Translations under genes and position numbers: made by a program | The notes under the pieces: generated by a model | Databases searched by the model: none | What the model was told of the DNA's origin: nothing | The model's input: the letters and a program-made list of their open reading frames with translations, nothing else | Source: Patescibacteria group bacterium | Lineage (GTDB): Bacteria; Patescibacteriota; Minisyncoccia; Phycocordibacterales; UBA918 | Length of the DNA stretch: 64,000 bases | Reading direction: 5' to 3' | NCBI GenBank assembly: GCA_038065355.1 | Contig: JBBTRC010000010.1 | Location: 157,844 to 221,843, forward strand | Shown: positions 1 to 10,211 of the stretch, piece by piece | How the letters are laid out: the number at the start of each line of letters is the position of its first letter | How positions within the stretch are numbered: the first letter of the stretch is position 1

Positions 1-40
1 TCACCGCGCCACAGTGACAGCTTCCTTTGTGTGTTTTCAT
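1..40 (-). CDS. GFA/CENP-V family protein, N-terminal fragment (runs off window)
   Basis: Reverse strand from ATG at 40 reads MKTHKGSCHCGAV, the GxChCGav zinc motif that starts GFA proteins; only 13 codons visible. Confidence 0.7.
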   Translation of the reverse strand, partial: MKTHKGSCHCGAV

Positions 41-137
41 ATCGCGTAGTATAGCAAATGTAATTGACAGAGGGCGACTAGAAAAGTCGCGGAAGCGCCG
101 TATACTTATGAGCATTACATAGATTAATCAACACATC

Positions 138-200
138 ATGGCCAAAGGACACGATCGTAAAAAGGAAGTGAAGAAGCCGAAGAAAGATAAGAAGAAGTAA
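138..200 (+). CDS. putative 20-aa lysine-rich micropeptide MAKGHDRKKEVKKPKKDKKK
   Basis: ATG..TAA ORF with a TATACT -10-like box at 101-106 and a terminator immediately after. Confidence 0.55.
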   Translation: MAKGHDRKKEVKKPKKDKKK

Positions 201-202
201 AG

Positions 203-241
203 AAAAAAGCCGCCGGTGCCTTTGGCACCGGCGGCTTTTTT
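203..241. terminator. bidirectional intrinsic terminator
   Basis: aaaaaagccgccggtgcc-ttt-ggcaccggcggctttttt between convergent ORFs. Confidence 0.85.
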
Positions 242-2323
242 CTAAGCCTCAGCTCGCCACTTCTTCAAAGCTTTTGAGAAAAAGAGCGAAACGACAAATA
301 TGACAACCGAGAGCGCTAAGAATTTCGGATCAAAGGCATCGAAAGAGAGACCCATCGTACGAAGTTCTTCAAGGTCAACCGCCGCGCCAAGCGCGACAAA
401 GGTAGTGAGTCCGGGCATGATGCCTATCAAGGTGGCCAAGAAATACTCGCGCCACTTGGCGCCGACAACTCCCGACCCATAATTAGTAAGATCAAACGGC
501 ACGTAGAAGAGGCGCATCAAAAGTACCGCCTCAAAGGAATTGTTGCGAAGCTTCTCCACCCAGTTGCCGATGATAGTGTCTTCGAGCCGGAGACCTTTGC
601 CGAAGAAACGACCAATCGAGTAGGCAAAGTTGGCCGAGGCGTTCTCGCCGATAATAGTGAACAGTATGCCCCACCAGAATCCAAACAAAGCCCCAGACAG
701 CGCGGTGAGAAGTGTGGCGGGGAAAAGAATTAAGGGGCGAACAGCATAGAGCACCATGTAAGTGATCGGGCCCCACACGGTACTGGTGAAGAAGTCGAGC
801 AGGCTAAGGAGCACATCGGCGTACGAGAGGTGATTGCTGATGCGATACTGCTGAAAGCCAAAAATGAGCGAGAGCCAGAACAGGCCGGCGATCAGTTTGG
901 GAGCATTACGCCGGAAGACGCCGCCGATGTCCTTTTTGAGATCGCCAAACTGTCTGGCCACAAACTGATCGCCGGCCTTCTTCACGATGAGAGAGTAGGT
1001 CGGATAGGCGTAAATCAAGCCCTGCAAACTCCAGAGCGATATTTTTTGATCAATCGCCAGCGTGAATATTGTGATGAGCTCGCCAGCGGCCGGGCCGATG
1101 AGGTGAGCGCCGAGCACGGTACCGCTCAAGCGACGGGCGATGACGACGAGGAGACCGTCGGTCGCTTCGTCAGTCTTGGCTCGATCATTTTGTGTGAACG
1201 GCACTTCTACCCGCATCAGCTGATCCTCGGTGTACTTTTTGCGTGCTTCGTCCCATGACATACCGACTTGAGCTACTTCAGGGAGCGTGTAGGTGACTTT
1301 TGGTACGGCCTTTTGTCTGTTCACCCGGAGGAGTCCTTTGCTCACCACATGAGCGACGACCTGCCGCGCGGTGTCGTCGGCGGTGTGGGTAAACTTCAGT
1401 CTTTGCGCTACATCACCAAGCGCGTACACCTGTTTGTTTGAGGTGCGGTACTGGCTGTCGACCAAGACAGCGTTCGCGTCGTGCTTGATGCCGGCCTTCT
1501 CAAGCCCGGGCGGAATATTGGGCACGCGACCGATGGCGATAAGCACCTTATCGAATGAAACACGTTTCTCGCCGACTATGTCCGTTCCATTTTTTATATC
1601 AAACACGGCCTCTTTTCCCTCGATGCGATTGATAAAGGCATTTAGTTCAATATGTACACCTAGTTTTTCAAAGGCACTTCGGAGTACCGGGCGAATCGCC
1701 ACGTCTTCCAGTCTTCCGAATTCGGTGTCAATCGCGGTGATGGTGACGTGGCTTCCGAGCATGGCAAAGGCTTGGCCCATTTCGAGACCAATCGGGCCGG
1801 CACCAATGATGAGGAGTTTCTCCGGCGCTTCGGAGAGGGTAAAAATGTTTTGATTAGTGAGTATGTCAGCCTGGTCGAGTCCAGGAATAGACATGAGGCG
1901 GGGAGAAGAGCCAGTCGCGATGACGGCGTGGGTGTAGCGGTATTCTAGGCCACCGACCGTAAGGGAACACTTGGAATGAAATACTGCTTCGCCCATGACC
2001 ACGTCAATGCCAATTTTTTGAAAAGTTTCCGGTGTTTCTTCCGCCAGTATGTGGTTGACGATGTCGCGGACGTAGGTGAACGCGCGAGCGCGGAAGGCCT
2101 CGCCTTCCACGCTCTTCCCAGCCACCTGTGTCGCTCGATAATACTCCTTGGCGTGATGCAAAAGCGCCTTACTAGGTACACAGCCGGAGTTGGTGCACTC
2201 GCCACCCATGTGCTCTCGCTCCACCAACAACACTTTCTTTCCCACTCGACTGAAGCCGACCGCCGCCGTGAGACCACCCGAACCGGCGCCGATGACGACC
2301 ACGTCGTATTGTTTTGTTTCCAT
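242..2323 (-). CDS. pyridine nucleotide-disulfide oxidoreductase (Lpd/MerA-like) fused to C-terminal VTT/TVP38 (DedA-like) membrane domain
   Basis: GAGSGG FAD motif, GGECTNSGCVPSK redox disulfide, GAGPIGLE NAD motif; C-terminal hydrophobic domain with LFPATLLTALSGALFG and RLFYVPFDLTNY. Confidence 0.85.
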   Translation of the reverse strand: METKQYDVVVIGAGSGGLTAAVGFSRVGKKVLLVEREHMGGECTNSGCVPSKALLHHAKEYYRATQVAGKSVEGEAFRARAFTYVRDIVNHILAEETPETFQKIGIDVVMGEAVFHSKCSLTVGGLEYRYTHAVIATGSSPRLMSIPGLDQADILTNQNIFTLSEAPEKLLIIGAGPIGLEMGQAFAMLGSHVTITAIDTEFGRLEDVAIRPVLRSAFEKLGVHIELNAFINRIEGKEAVFDIKNGTDIVGEKRVSFDKVLIAIGRVPNIPPGLEKAGIKHDANAVLVDSQYRTSNKQVYALGDVAQRLKFTHTADDTARQVVAHVVSKGLLRVNRQKAVPKVTYTLPEVAQVGMSWDEARKKYTEDQLMRVEVPFTQNDRAKTDEATDGLLVVIARRLSGTVLGAHLIGPAAGELITIFTLAIDQKISLWSLQGLIYAYPTYSLIVKKAGDQFVARQFGDLKKDIGGVFRRNAPKLIAGLFWLSLIFGFQQYRISNHLSYADVLLSLLDFFTSTVWGPITYMVLYAVRPLILFPATLLTALSGALFGFWWGILFTIIGENASANFAYSIGRFFGKGLRLEDTIIGNWVEKLRNNSFEAVLLMRLFYVPFDLTNYGSGVVGAKWREYFLATLIGIMPGLTTFVALGAAVDLEELRTMGLSFDAFDPKFLALSVVIFVVSLFFSKALKKWRAEA

Positions 2324-2361
2324 AACGTAATTATACGGTGCCGCTTGGTAATTGTTTCATC

Positions 2362-2409
2362 ACAAAAAGAAAACCCGTTCATTCCGGAATGAACGGGTTT
2401 TCTTTTTGT
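2362..2409. repeat. perfect 48-bp palindrome in divergent intergenic region
   Basis: acaaaaagaaaacccgttcattcc|ggaatgaacgggttttctttttgt. Confidence 0.9.
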
Positions 2410-2442
2410 CATAAAAGTTTGGGGTGAGCGTATAATTACGTT

Positions 2443-3768
2443 ATGAGCATACACAATATTTTAGAGGAGCTACGACAAAAGTACTCCCACCAACCCACTT
2501 TTATACAAACTGCCACTGAGATTTTAGAAAGTATTGCACCGTATTTAGAGTCGCTCCCTGCGACTGAAGCCGACTACCGACTGGTGCGCCGGATGCTCAT
2601 TCCCGAACGAATTATTACCTTCCGAGTGGACTGGTTGAATGACCAAGGAGTGCTAGAGACCAACACCGGCTATCGCATCCAATACAACTCCGTCCTTGGG
2701 CCATACAAGGGTGGCTTGCGGTTTGATCCGTCAGTCACCGAAGACGTGCTCAAATTTTTGGGACTGGAGCAGATTTTCAAGAATGCCTTGACTGGCCTCC
2801 CGCTCGGTGGCGGTAAAGGCGGTAGTGATTTTAATCCGAAGGGCAAGAGTGACAACGAGATCCGCAGTTTTGCGCGGGCATTTATGATTGAACTCCATCG
2901 TCATATTGGCTTAGACCTCGATGTGCCGGCTGGCGACATTGGCGTCGGTGGTCGTGAGATCGGCTATCTGTTTGGCATGTACAAACAATTAGCACGAGGA
3001 AACGCCGGCGCACTGACCGGCAAGGACCCACTCATCGGCGGCTCACTTGGCCGTACCGAAGCGACCGGATATGGCATTGTGTATTTTGCTGAAGCGGTGG
3101 CAAAAGAGCACGCACTTGCGCTCTCTGGTATGAAGGTGGTGGTATCTGGCTCGGGCAATGTAGCAGAATTTACCGCCCGCAAGCTCATAGAGAAGGGCGC
3201 TGTTGTCCTCACACTCTCCGACCGTGGCGGCTATCTCTTCAAAGAGACCGGCTTCACCCCGGCTGACATCGACACGCTGGCACGTGAAAAGGATGCTGGA
3301 AAAGCACTCAAAGATATTGCCACTCCCGGCGCCACCTACCACGACGGTACGCCTTGGCAACACGTCGCGGCGGATGCATATTTCCCCTGTGCGACACAAA
3401 ATGAAGTGAGCAAAGCGGACGTCGAGGTGATGGTCAAATCGGCCAAGCTCATTGTCGAAGGCGCCAACATGCCACTCACGCTTGAGGCGCTCGCGCTCGT
3501 GCGTAAGGCAGGCATTCCGCTGGCGCCGAGCAAGGCGGCCAATGCTGGCGGGGTAAGTGTGTCTGGCCTTGAGATGGTGCAGAACGCGGAGCACCTGTCG
3601 TGGACATACGAGCAGGTGGACACTGAGCTACAAAAAATCATGCAACACATTCATTCGCTCTGTGTTGAGAACGGCCGAGCCGCCGACGGACACGTTGACT
3701 ACGTAAACGGCGCCAACATCGCTGGTTTCAAGCGCGTCTTTGAAGGTATGAAAAAATTGGGGTGGTAA
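2443..3768 (+). CDS. gdhA: NADP-specific glutamate dehydrogenase
   Basis: GPYKGGLRF, KNALTGLPLGGGKGGSDF, DVPAGDIGVG, GSGNVA, KAANAGGV motifs. Confidence 0.95.
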   Translation: MSIHNILEELRQKYSHQPTFIQTATEILESIAPYLESLPATEADYRLVRRMLIPERIITFRVDWLNDQGVLETNTGYRIQYNSVLGPYKGGLRFDPSVTEDVLKFLGLEQIFKNALTGLPLGGGKGGSDFNPKGKSDNEIRSFARAFMIELHRHIGLDLDVPAGDIGVGGREIGYLFGMYKQLARGNAGALTGKDPLIGGSLGRTEATGYGIVYFAEAVAKEHALALSGMKVVVSGSGNVAEFTARKLIEKGAVVLTLSDRGGYLFKETGFTPADIDTLAREKDAGKALKDIATPGATYHDGTPWQHVAADAYFPCATQNEVSKADVEVMVKSAKLIVEGANMPLTLEALALVRKAGIPLAPSKAANAGGVSVSGLEMVQNAEHLSWTYEQVDTELQKIMQHIHSLCVENGRAADGHVDYVNGANIAGFKRVFEGMKKLGW

Positions 3769-3856
3769 AAAGGTAAAACTTGGACAGGAAAAAGACGGCC
3801 CCAGAGCGGACCGTCTTTTGTTTTTGCACTGATGCTAGTCGGTGCGAGTGACCTCA

Positions 3857-4288
3857 TTAATCTTTTGAGTGATTCGGGTCGGCGAGGAGTCGTAACCCTC
3901 GAATTTTTTGTGCGGTCGATTCGGTGAATCCAGTGAGAAATTGGTCGAATGAGATCGATTCGTATCTCCCGTCACATTCTTTGAACCTCGGATCATTCTT
4001 CAGGTTGAAGGAGTTCCAGACGTACCAGCCGTCGGCGCACTGTCGAACGAGTCGGCCGTATACTTCCCCATCTTCGTCAGGTTTGGCGATTTGGAAATAG
4101 AAGTGATCACCCTCCCCGTCGAATCCCACGACCTGCAACTGCATTTGCCTGTATTGGGTGAGACTGTCTTCAAAGCAAACTTTAGCCCATGTTCGATTCG
4201 GCTTACTGGCGCAATCGATACCATTGGCGAATGCCGACGGTGCCATCAGCATGAAGAACACAACAAAGACTACAAAGATCTTTTTCAT
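3857..4288 (-). CDS. hypothetical secreted protein
   Basis: Signal peptide MKKIFVVFVVFFMLMAPSAFA; upstream GAGGA SD and sigma70 promoter. Confidence 0.75.
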   Translation of the reverse strand: MKKIFVVFVVFFMLMAPSAFANGIDCASKPNRTWAKVCFEDSLTQYRQMQLQVVGFDGEGDHFYFQIAKPDEDGEVYGRLVRQCADGWYVWNSFNLKNDPRFKECDGRYESISFDQFLTGFTESTAQKIRGLRLLADPNHSKD

Positions 4289-4337
4289 GAGATTTCTTCC
4301 TCATAAAGAGGCGGAATTGCCTCGAGAACTAAAGGGG

Positions 4338-4366
4338 ATAGTAACATTAAATTATATTAAAGTCAA
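4338..4366 (-). promoter_or_regulatory. sigma70-type promoter for the 3857..4288 gene
   Basis: Minus strand TTGACT-17 nt-TACTAT with an extended TG. Confidence 0.7.
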
Positions 4367-4512
4367 TATTTTGCAGAGAGTGTCACCAGGCGAGGCTACA
4401 CCTTTGTGCCGCCAGAAACGCTTTGCGTTTCTGGCGGCTTTGACGTATAGTAGCGGCGTTAATCCTCTCGGGAGGTTTATTTTTTAGTTTAGTTAACTTT
4501 TTATTATTTGTT

Positions 4513-6684
4513 ATGGCACGAGCATTTCCACTAGAACGACTCCGCAATTTCGGTATTGTCGCGCATGTTGACGCGGGCAAGACTACCACGTCTGAACGCG
4601 TGCTTTTCTACACCGGCGTGAGTCACAAAATCGGCGAAGTGCACGACGGCGCCACCGTGACCGACTGGATGGAGCAGGAACGCGAACGCGGCATCACCAT
4701 CACTGCCGCTGCCATTTCTTGTAACTGGTCAAAGACTAACGTGGCTGACCGAAAAGATACCTCGCAGATGTACTCTTTCAACATCATCGACACGCCCGGC
4801 CACATCGACTTTACCGCCGAAGTGAAGCGCTCAATGCGCGTCTTAGACGGCGCGGTGGTCGTATTTGACTCGGTCGCCGGCGTCGAACCGCAGTCGGAAA
4901 CCAACTGGGGTTATGCCGACGAAGCCGGTGTCCCGAGAATTTGCTTCATCAACAAAATGGATCGCATGGGCGCCGATTTTGAAAAATCGTACAAAAGCAT
5001 CCTTAACCGTCTTTCCAAGAAAGCGGTGCGCCTCCAGATCCCGTGGGGAAGTGAAGGCAACTTTAAAGGTGTCGTCGACCTCATGAAAATGAAAGCCTAC
5101 ACTTTTACCGGTGAGATGGGTATGACGGTCGTTGAACAGGAGATTCCAGCCGAACTTCTTGACGAGGCAAAGAAATATCGCGCCGAACTAGTCGAACGCG
5201 TGGTTGAACACGATGACGCACTCATGGAACGCTTTTTGGCTGGTGAAGAGCCAACTGTCGAAGAGCTCATGATGACGCTCCGCAAAGCAGTGATTGCCAA
5301 CCAAATTTTTCCCGTCCTCACTGGTTCGGCGCTCAAGAATGTCGGCGTACAGCTCGTGCTCGACGCAGTGGTTGATTACCTTCCCGCGCCAACCGACCTG
5401 CTACCGGTCAAAGGCATCAATCCTAAGGACGACTCGGAAGTCGAACGGAAGCCAGCTGACAGCGAACCCTTTGCGGCGCTCGCCTTCAAGCTCCAGACCG
5501 ACCCCTTCGTCGGCCAACTGACCTTCTTCCGTGTGTATTCTGGCACGGTGAAATCCGGAAGCTACATCTACAACTCTACTAATGGTGAGAAAGAGCGCCT
5601 CGGCCGCATCGTCCGCCTCATGGCTGACAAGCGAACCGAAATCGAAGAAGTGTTCGCGGGCGAAATCGCCGCCGGCGTCGGACTGAAAGACGTGAAAACC
5701 TCACACACCCTCTGTGATGAAGCCAAGCCGATTATTTTGGAACAGATCACCTTCCCGGAACCAGTTGTCGCGATGCGGGTTGAACCAAAGACAAAAAATG
5801 ACCAAGAAAAGATGGGTACCGCGCTCAAGAAACTGGCAGACGAAGATCCAACTTTCAAAGTTTCAACCGACGACGAGACCATGGAAACGATTATTGCTGG
5901 TATGGGCGAACTCCACCTTGAAATTCTTATCGACCGCATGAAGCGGGAGTTTGGTGTCGAAGCCAACGTCGGCGCGCCACAAGTGGCCTATCGCGAAACT
6001 ATCCAACGCGAAGCTGAAGCCGAATACAAATACATCAAACAGTCAGGCGGCCGCGGTCAGTATGGTCACGTGAAGATCAAGATCCGCCCGATGCAGCCGC
6101 TCGGTGAAGACGAAACAGTGAAGAAGAACGTCACTCGTGAAGACCACTTTGAATTCATCAACAACATCAAGGGTGGCGCGATTCCTGGTGAGTACATCCC
6201 AGCGGTTATGAAGGGCGCCAAAGAGGCGATGGGACGCGGATTTGTGGCGGGCTACAAGATGGAAGACATTTCGGTCGAACTCTTTGATGGTAGTTACCAC
6301 GATGTCGACTCGTCTGAAATCGCCTTTAAGCTGGCCTCTATTCACGCCTTTAAGGCGGCGGCGGCCAAAGCCGGCGCGGTCTTGCTCGAACCAATCATGA
6401 AGATTGAAGTGCGCACTCCGGAAGAGTTCATGGGTGACATCAACGGCAATATCTCCAGCAAGCGCGGCCACGTCGAGGGTATGGACGATATCGGCGACAA
6501 GAAGGTGATTACCGCCAAGGTGCCATTGTCGGAAATGTTTGGCTACACTAATACGCTCCGCTCGATGACGCAGGGTCGCGCGTCGATGATGATGGAATTC
6601 CACCACTACGATGTGGTACCAAATAACGTCGCAACAGAAATCAAGAAAGCCCGCGGAGTGAAAGATGTGGAAGAAGAAGCGTAA
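4513..6684 (+). CDS. fusA: elongation factor G
   Basis: [39 protein letters not shown]. Confidence 0.99.
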   Translation: MARAFPLERLRNFGIVAHVDAGKTTTSERVLFYTGVSHKIGEVHDGATVTDWMEQERERGITITAAAISCNWSKTNVADRKDTSQMYSFNIIDTPGHIDFTAEVKRSMRVLDGAVVVFDSVAGVEPQSETNWGYADEAGVPRICFINKMDRMGADFEKSYKSILNRLSKKAVRLQIPWGSEGNFKGVVDLMKMKAYTFTGEMGMTVVEQEIPAELLDEAKKYRAELVERVVEHDDALMERFLAGEEPTVEELMMTLRKAVIANQIFPVLTGSALKNVGVQLVLDAVVDYLPAPTDLLPVKGINPKDDSEVERKPADSEPFAALAFKLQTDPFVGQLTFFRVYSGTVKSGSYIYNSTNGEKERLGRIVRLMADKRTEIEEVFAGEIAAGVGLKDVKTSHTLCDEAKPIILEQITFPEPVVAMRVEPKTKNDQEKMGTALKKLADEDPTFKVSTDDETMETIIAGMGELHLEILIDRMKREFGVEANVGAPQVAYRETIQREAEAEYKYIKQSGGRGQYGHVKIKIRPMQPLGEDETVKKNVTREDHFEFINNIKGGAIPGEYIPAVMKGAKEAMGRGFVAGYKMEDISVELFDGSYHDVDSSEIAFKLASIHAFKAAAAKAGAVLLEPIMKIEVRTPEEFMGDINGNISSKRGHVEGMDDIGDKKVITAKVPLSEMFGYTNTLRSMTQGRASMMMEFHHYDVVPNNVATEIKKARGVKDVEEEA

Positions 6685-6719
6685 GCTTCGCCCCACCTTG
6701 CAAGACTTTACCTTTTCTG

Positions 6720-6754
6720 AAAAAGCGGGGCGGCCCAAAGGGCCGCCCCGCTTT
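6720..6754 (+). terminator. intrinsic terminator after fusA
   Basis: aaagcggggcggccc-aaa-gggccgccccgcttt. Confidence 0.75.
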
Positions 6755-6796
6755 GCTATAATAAAAAGTATTATATAGTCTATTTAAACAAAAACC

Positions 6797-7669
6797 ATGG
6801 AAGGTGCACCAAAAAATAATAACGAAAGGAAAACTGGCAGATGGAAGAACATGCTGGGTGCAGCTATGGCACTTGGCTCGGCTTCTGCTATGTCGCCCGA
6901 AGCGGAGGCACAACAACCTCCACATTCTTACGAGGAGACTGTAGAGAACAAACAAGAAGTTATTGAACAGAGCCGTTCTCAGGCGATTACAGATTTAAAA
7001 GATATTGCTATGAGTACTGCGTGGCGAACCGAAGATGGTGAAGACAAAAACCAGATTGCAGCAGCCGCAGAACATGATGTAAAATACATTCTCAAAGCGT
7101 ATGTAGCCACTTTTGATACAGAGCGACCGCAGACTTACGATGAAGGTCGTCTAGACAGGACCATTCCGTCGCAGGCAGCACACGAAGCGGCTTTGATCGA
7201 ATTTAGTAATTTATTTGAAGCCGATCCAGACCTTCAAAATAGTCCACATGCTCTGCTGTTTAAGACTATGTTAGAAAACGTGGTTGCACACGGCATAAAC
7301 CCATCGAACCAAAAACTTGAATCCAAGTGGCAAAGACGAGATCGAATAATCGGAGAAGCAATAGAAGAAGCCGACAAACTCTTGGAAGAATCCGATAAAT
7401 CTATTGTAAAAATCCAAGAAAAACGGGAGGAATTAGACAAAGAGTATGAAGAGTTACAGGCCAAGTTCGAAGATCTGCGCCGGCGTGGAATCTTGAAGAA
7501 TCCAGAAGATAGGGTGTCACCTGAAGAAGCGCGTGACGAACGAATACAGTTTCTTAAAGACAAACGAGACAAGGCAGATGGGGGAGGGGGTGATTTGTCC
7601 AAGCAGGAATATCGCGAACTCAATCGTCTTATGGAAGAGCGACGTAATGAGAGAAAGGGTATAAAGTAA
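6797..7669 (+). CDS. hypothetical protein with signal-like segment and C-terminal coiled coil
   Basis: 290-aa ORF, own TATAAT box at ~6757, charged helical C-terminus; no family recognised. Confidence 0.75.
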   Translation: MEGAPKNNNERKTGRWKNMLGAAMALGSASAMSPEAEAQQPPHSYEETVENKQEVIEQSRSQAITDLKDIAMSTAWRTEDGEDKNQIAAAAEHDVKYILKAYVATFDTERPQTYDEGRLDRTIPSQAAHEAALIEFSNLFEADPDLQNSPHALLFKTMLENVVAHGINPSNQKLESKWQRRDRIIGEAIEEADKLLEESDKSIVKIQEKREELDKEYEELQAKFEDLRRRGILKNPEDRVSPEEARDERIQFLKDKRDKADGGGGDLSKQEYRELNRLMEERRNERKGIK

Positions 7670-7935
7670 AACAAGGCTGATTGTGGGGAAGTTGGTAGCG
7701 GGGGGTGGGGGCGGGCCGCTTTTGTGGCTCAACATATTGCAAAAAAGAACAACTCTGGTACCATAGCGCCACCGCCACAGGTGTTCTGTGCGTGGAGCGT
7801 AATATTAGTGCTCTTTCACACGTTTGAGTGTTCAAACACTGCGCGATGTTCTCGCGCCGCACTGTTTGCACACTCGCCACTGCTTTTAGCAATTGTGTGC
7901 GGTTTATTACTTCAATACTAATTTAAGTATTTAAC

Positions 7936-9129
7936 ATGGCAGAAACATTTGATCGTTCAAAGCCGCACATCAACGTCGGTACCATTGGTCACGTCGACCA
8001 TGGTAAGACGACCTTGACCGCCGCTATTCTCTCCACTTTGAATTCTCGAAGTGGTGAAGGTTATAAAGCAAACGTAAAAGGCGTTGATGATATCGACAAG
8101 GCGCCAGAAGAAAAGGCCCGCGGTATCACTATTTCGCTCTCTCACTCGGAATACGAAACTCCGAAGCGTCACTACGCGCACATTGATGCGCCTGGTCACG
8201 CTGACTACATTAAAAACATGATCACTGGAGCCGCCCAGATGGACGGCGCGGTGCTGGTCGTTGCGGCCACCGATGGTGCGATGCCGCAAACTCGTGAGCA
8301 CGTGCTCCTGGCCAAGCAGGTGGGTGTGCCAAAGATCATTGTCTTCCTCAACAAAGTTGACATGGTGGACGATGAAGAAATGCTCATGCTGGTTGAAGAA
8401 GAGCTTCGAGAGCTTCTCACCAAAAATGGCTATGACGGCGCCAACGCACCAATCATCAAAGGGTCTGGTCTCAAGGCGCTTGAAGGTGATGCAAAATACC
8501 AAGAAAAAGTCGTCGAACTCGTCACCGCTATGGATGACTATTTCCCAACACCAGTCCGCGAGCTCGATAAACCATTCTTGATGCCGGTTGAAGACATCTT
8601 CTCAATTGAAGGTCGCGGCACCGTCGTGACTGGCCGTGTTGAACGCGGAAAGGTGAAGGTGGGTGAAGAAGTAGAAATTGTTGGTATCAAACCAACCGCC
8701 CTCACTACCGTCACCGGTGTTGAAATGTTCAATAAACAGCTCGACCAAGCGCAAGCAGGCGACAACGCCGGTATCTTGCTACGCGGTACTAAGAAAGAAG
8801 ATATTCACCGCGGTCAGGTATTGGCGGCCAAGGGCTCAGTGACCCCGCACACCGAATTTGAAGCGGAAGTCTACGTGCTTTCCAAGGACGAAGGCGGTCG
8901 TCACACCCCATTCTTCTCTGGGTACAAGCCACAATTTTACGTTCGCACTACCGACGTGACCGGCGATGTAAGCCTGGCTGAAGGCACCGAAATGGTTATG
9001 CCGGGCGATACCGCCACCTTCAAAGTGAAGCTTGTGGCTCCAGTAGCACTTGAAGCCCAGCAAAACTTCGCCATCCGTGAGGGAGGTAAGACCGTTGGCG
9101 CTGGCGTGGTCACCAAGATTATCGCGTAA
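7936..9129 (+). CDS. tuf: elongation factor Tu
   Basis: [34 protein letters not shown]. Confidence 0.99.
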   Translation: MAETFDRSKPHINVGTIGHVDHGKTTLTAAILSTLNSRSGEGYKANVKGVDDIDKAPEEKARGITISLSHSEYETPKRHYAHIDAPGHADYIKNMITGAAQMDGAVLVVAATDGAMPQTREHVLLAKQVGVPKIIVFLNKVDMVDDEEMLMLVEEELRELLTKNGYDGANAPIIKGSGLKALEGDAKYQEKVVELVTAMDDYFPTPVRELDKPFLMPVEDIFSIEGRGTVVTGRVERGKVKVGEEVEIVGIKPTALTTVTGVEMFNKQLDQAQAGDNAGILLRGTKKEDIHRGQVLAAKGSVTPHTEFEAEVYVLSKDEGGRHTPFFSGYKPQFYVRTTDVTGDVSLAEGTEMVMPGDTATFKVKLVAPVALEAQQNFAIREGGKTVGAGVVTKIIA

Positions 9130-9156
9130 GCGCCTCTGTACTAGGGCATTATCTGT

Positions 9157-9495
9157 ATGGCAACACACACCGCAAAAACCACTGGTGAAATTAACAAGCT
9201 ACGTATTCGTGTGCGCGCGTACGAGAATAAAATTCTCGACGCCAGCACGAAGCAAATTATTGACACCGCCTTGCGTTTTGACGCTAAGGTAGTTGGACCG
9301 ATTCCTCTTCCCACGGAAATCAAAAAATACACCGTCAATCGTTCGACGTTCGTGCACAAGGACGCGCGAGAACAATTTGAGATGCGAACTCACAAGCGAG
9401 TCATCGACATCTTAAATCCGAGTCCGAAAGTAGTCGAAGCCCTCACGAACCTCTCACTTCCGTCGGGAGTTAACATTGACGTGAAAATGATGTGA
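9157..9495 (+). CDS. rpsJ: 30S ribosomal protein S10
   Basis: GPIPLPT, HKDAREQFEMRTHKR. Confidence 0.98.
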   Translation: MATHTAKTTGEINKLRIRVRAYENKILDASTKQIIDTALRFDAKVVGPIPLPTEIKKYTVNRSTFVHKDAREQFEMRTHKRVIDILNPSPKVVEALTNLSLPSGVNIDVKMM

Positions 9496-9624
9496 AGTGA
9501 GCAAACGAGCGCAAGCGACTATTGCGAACTTCCTCAGAAAATTGTTCACTCCTAGAACAATTTTTTGAGCAGAACCATTGCAGTCCAGGCTGTTGTTTAT
9601 CATTCCTAGGTTTGTTGCCAACAC

Positions 9625-9655
9625 AAAAGCCGCGCCCCTTTGGGGCGCGGCTTTT
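9625..9655 (+). terminator. intrinsic terminator after rpsJ
   Basis: aaaagccgcgcccc-ttt-ggggcgcggctttt. Confidence 0.8.
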
Positions 9656-9834
9656 CGTTATCCCCACAGACGCCTTGTTTTTCAGAAACTATGCCCCGAT
9701 AATACAGGGACAACAGGAGGCGACCCTAAAAGGGTCGCCCCTTTCTGTTGTATTCCTGTAGTTATAGTTGGAAACATAAGCACAGGAGTGACGCGAGAAT
9801 AGTTCTTTTAGTTCTTTTTTAACAAAAAATATCT

Positions 9835-9966
9835 ATGGATAAACTTCCACCAGATAGTTTGACGTTTATGGGCGAAGACAGTTGGATGGTGCAATGTTTA
9901 AGTCTAGCGACCGTTGGTATGCTGGCCTACTTACAGATTGCACCCGCCGTAAGTCAAGTTCTATAA
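9835..9966 (+). CDS. putative 43-aa small membrane peptide
   Basis: MDKLPPDSLTFMGEDSWMVQCLSLATVGMLAYLQIAPAVSQVL; hydrophobic C-terminal half; followed by terminator-like hairpin ~9992-10017. Confidence 0.5.
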   Translation: MDKLPPDSLTFMGEDSWMVQCLSLATVGMLAYLQIAPAVSQVL

Positions 9967-10211
9967 AATTATGTAAACGTACAAACACCCCCAAAGCCGA
10001 GCTCCGCTCGGCTTTTGTGTTGTCTTGCTAATTTTTAATAAATCCGTATACTACCGGGAGCTTTTAAAGACCTATGTACCGAGGCGTTTTTAACGCTAGG
10101 GACCAATGGGCACAAATCGCGCGGTTTTGGCGGCGAGCTTGTGCTCGCGCCAAAACCGCGCGATTTGTTGTAAGGGTCAAAAAGCCACATTTTATTATTT
10201 AATCCACACAC

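Noticed and set aside
242-2323. Mercuric reductase merA
   Set aside because: No C-terminal Cys-Cys pair, no NmerA domain and no mer operon context.
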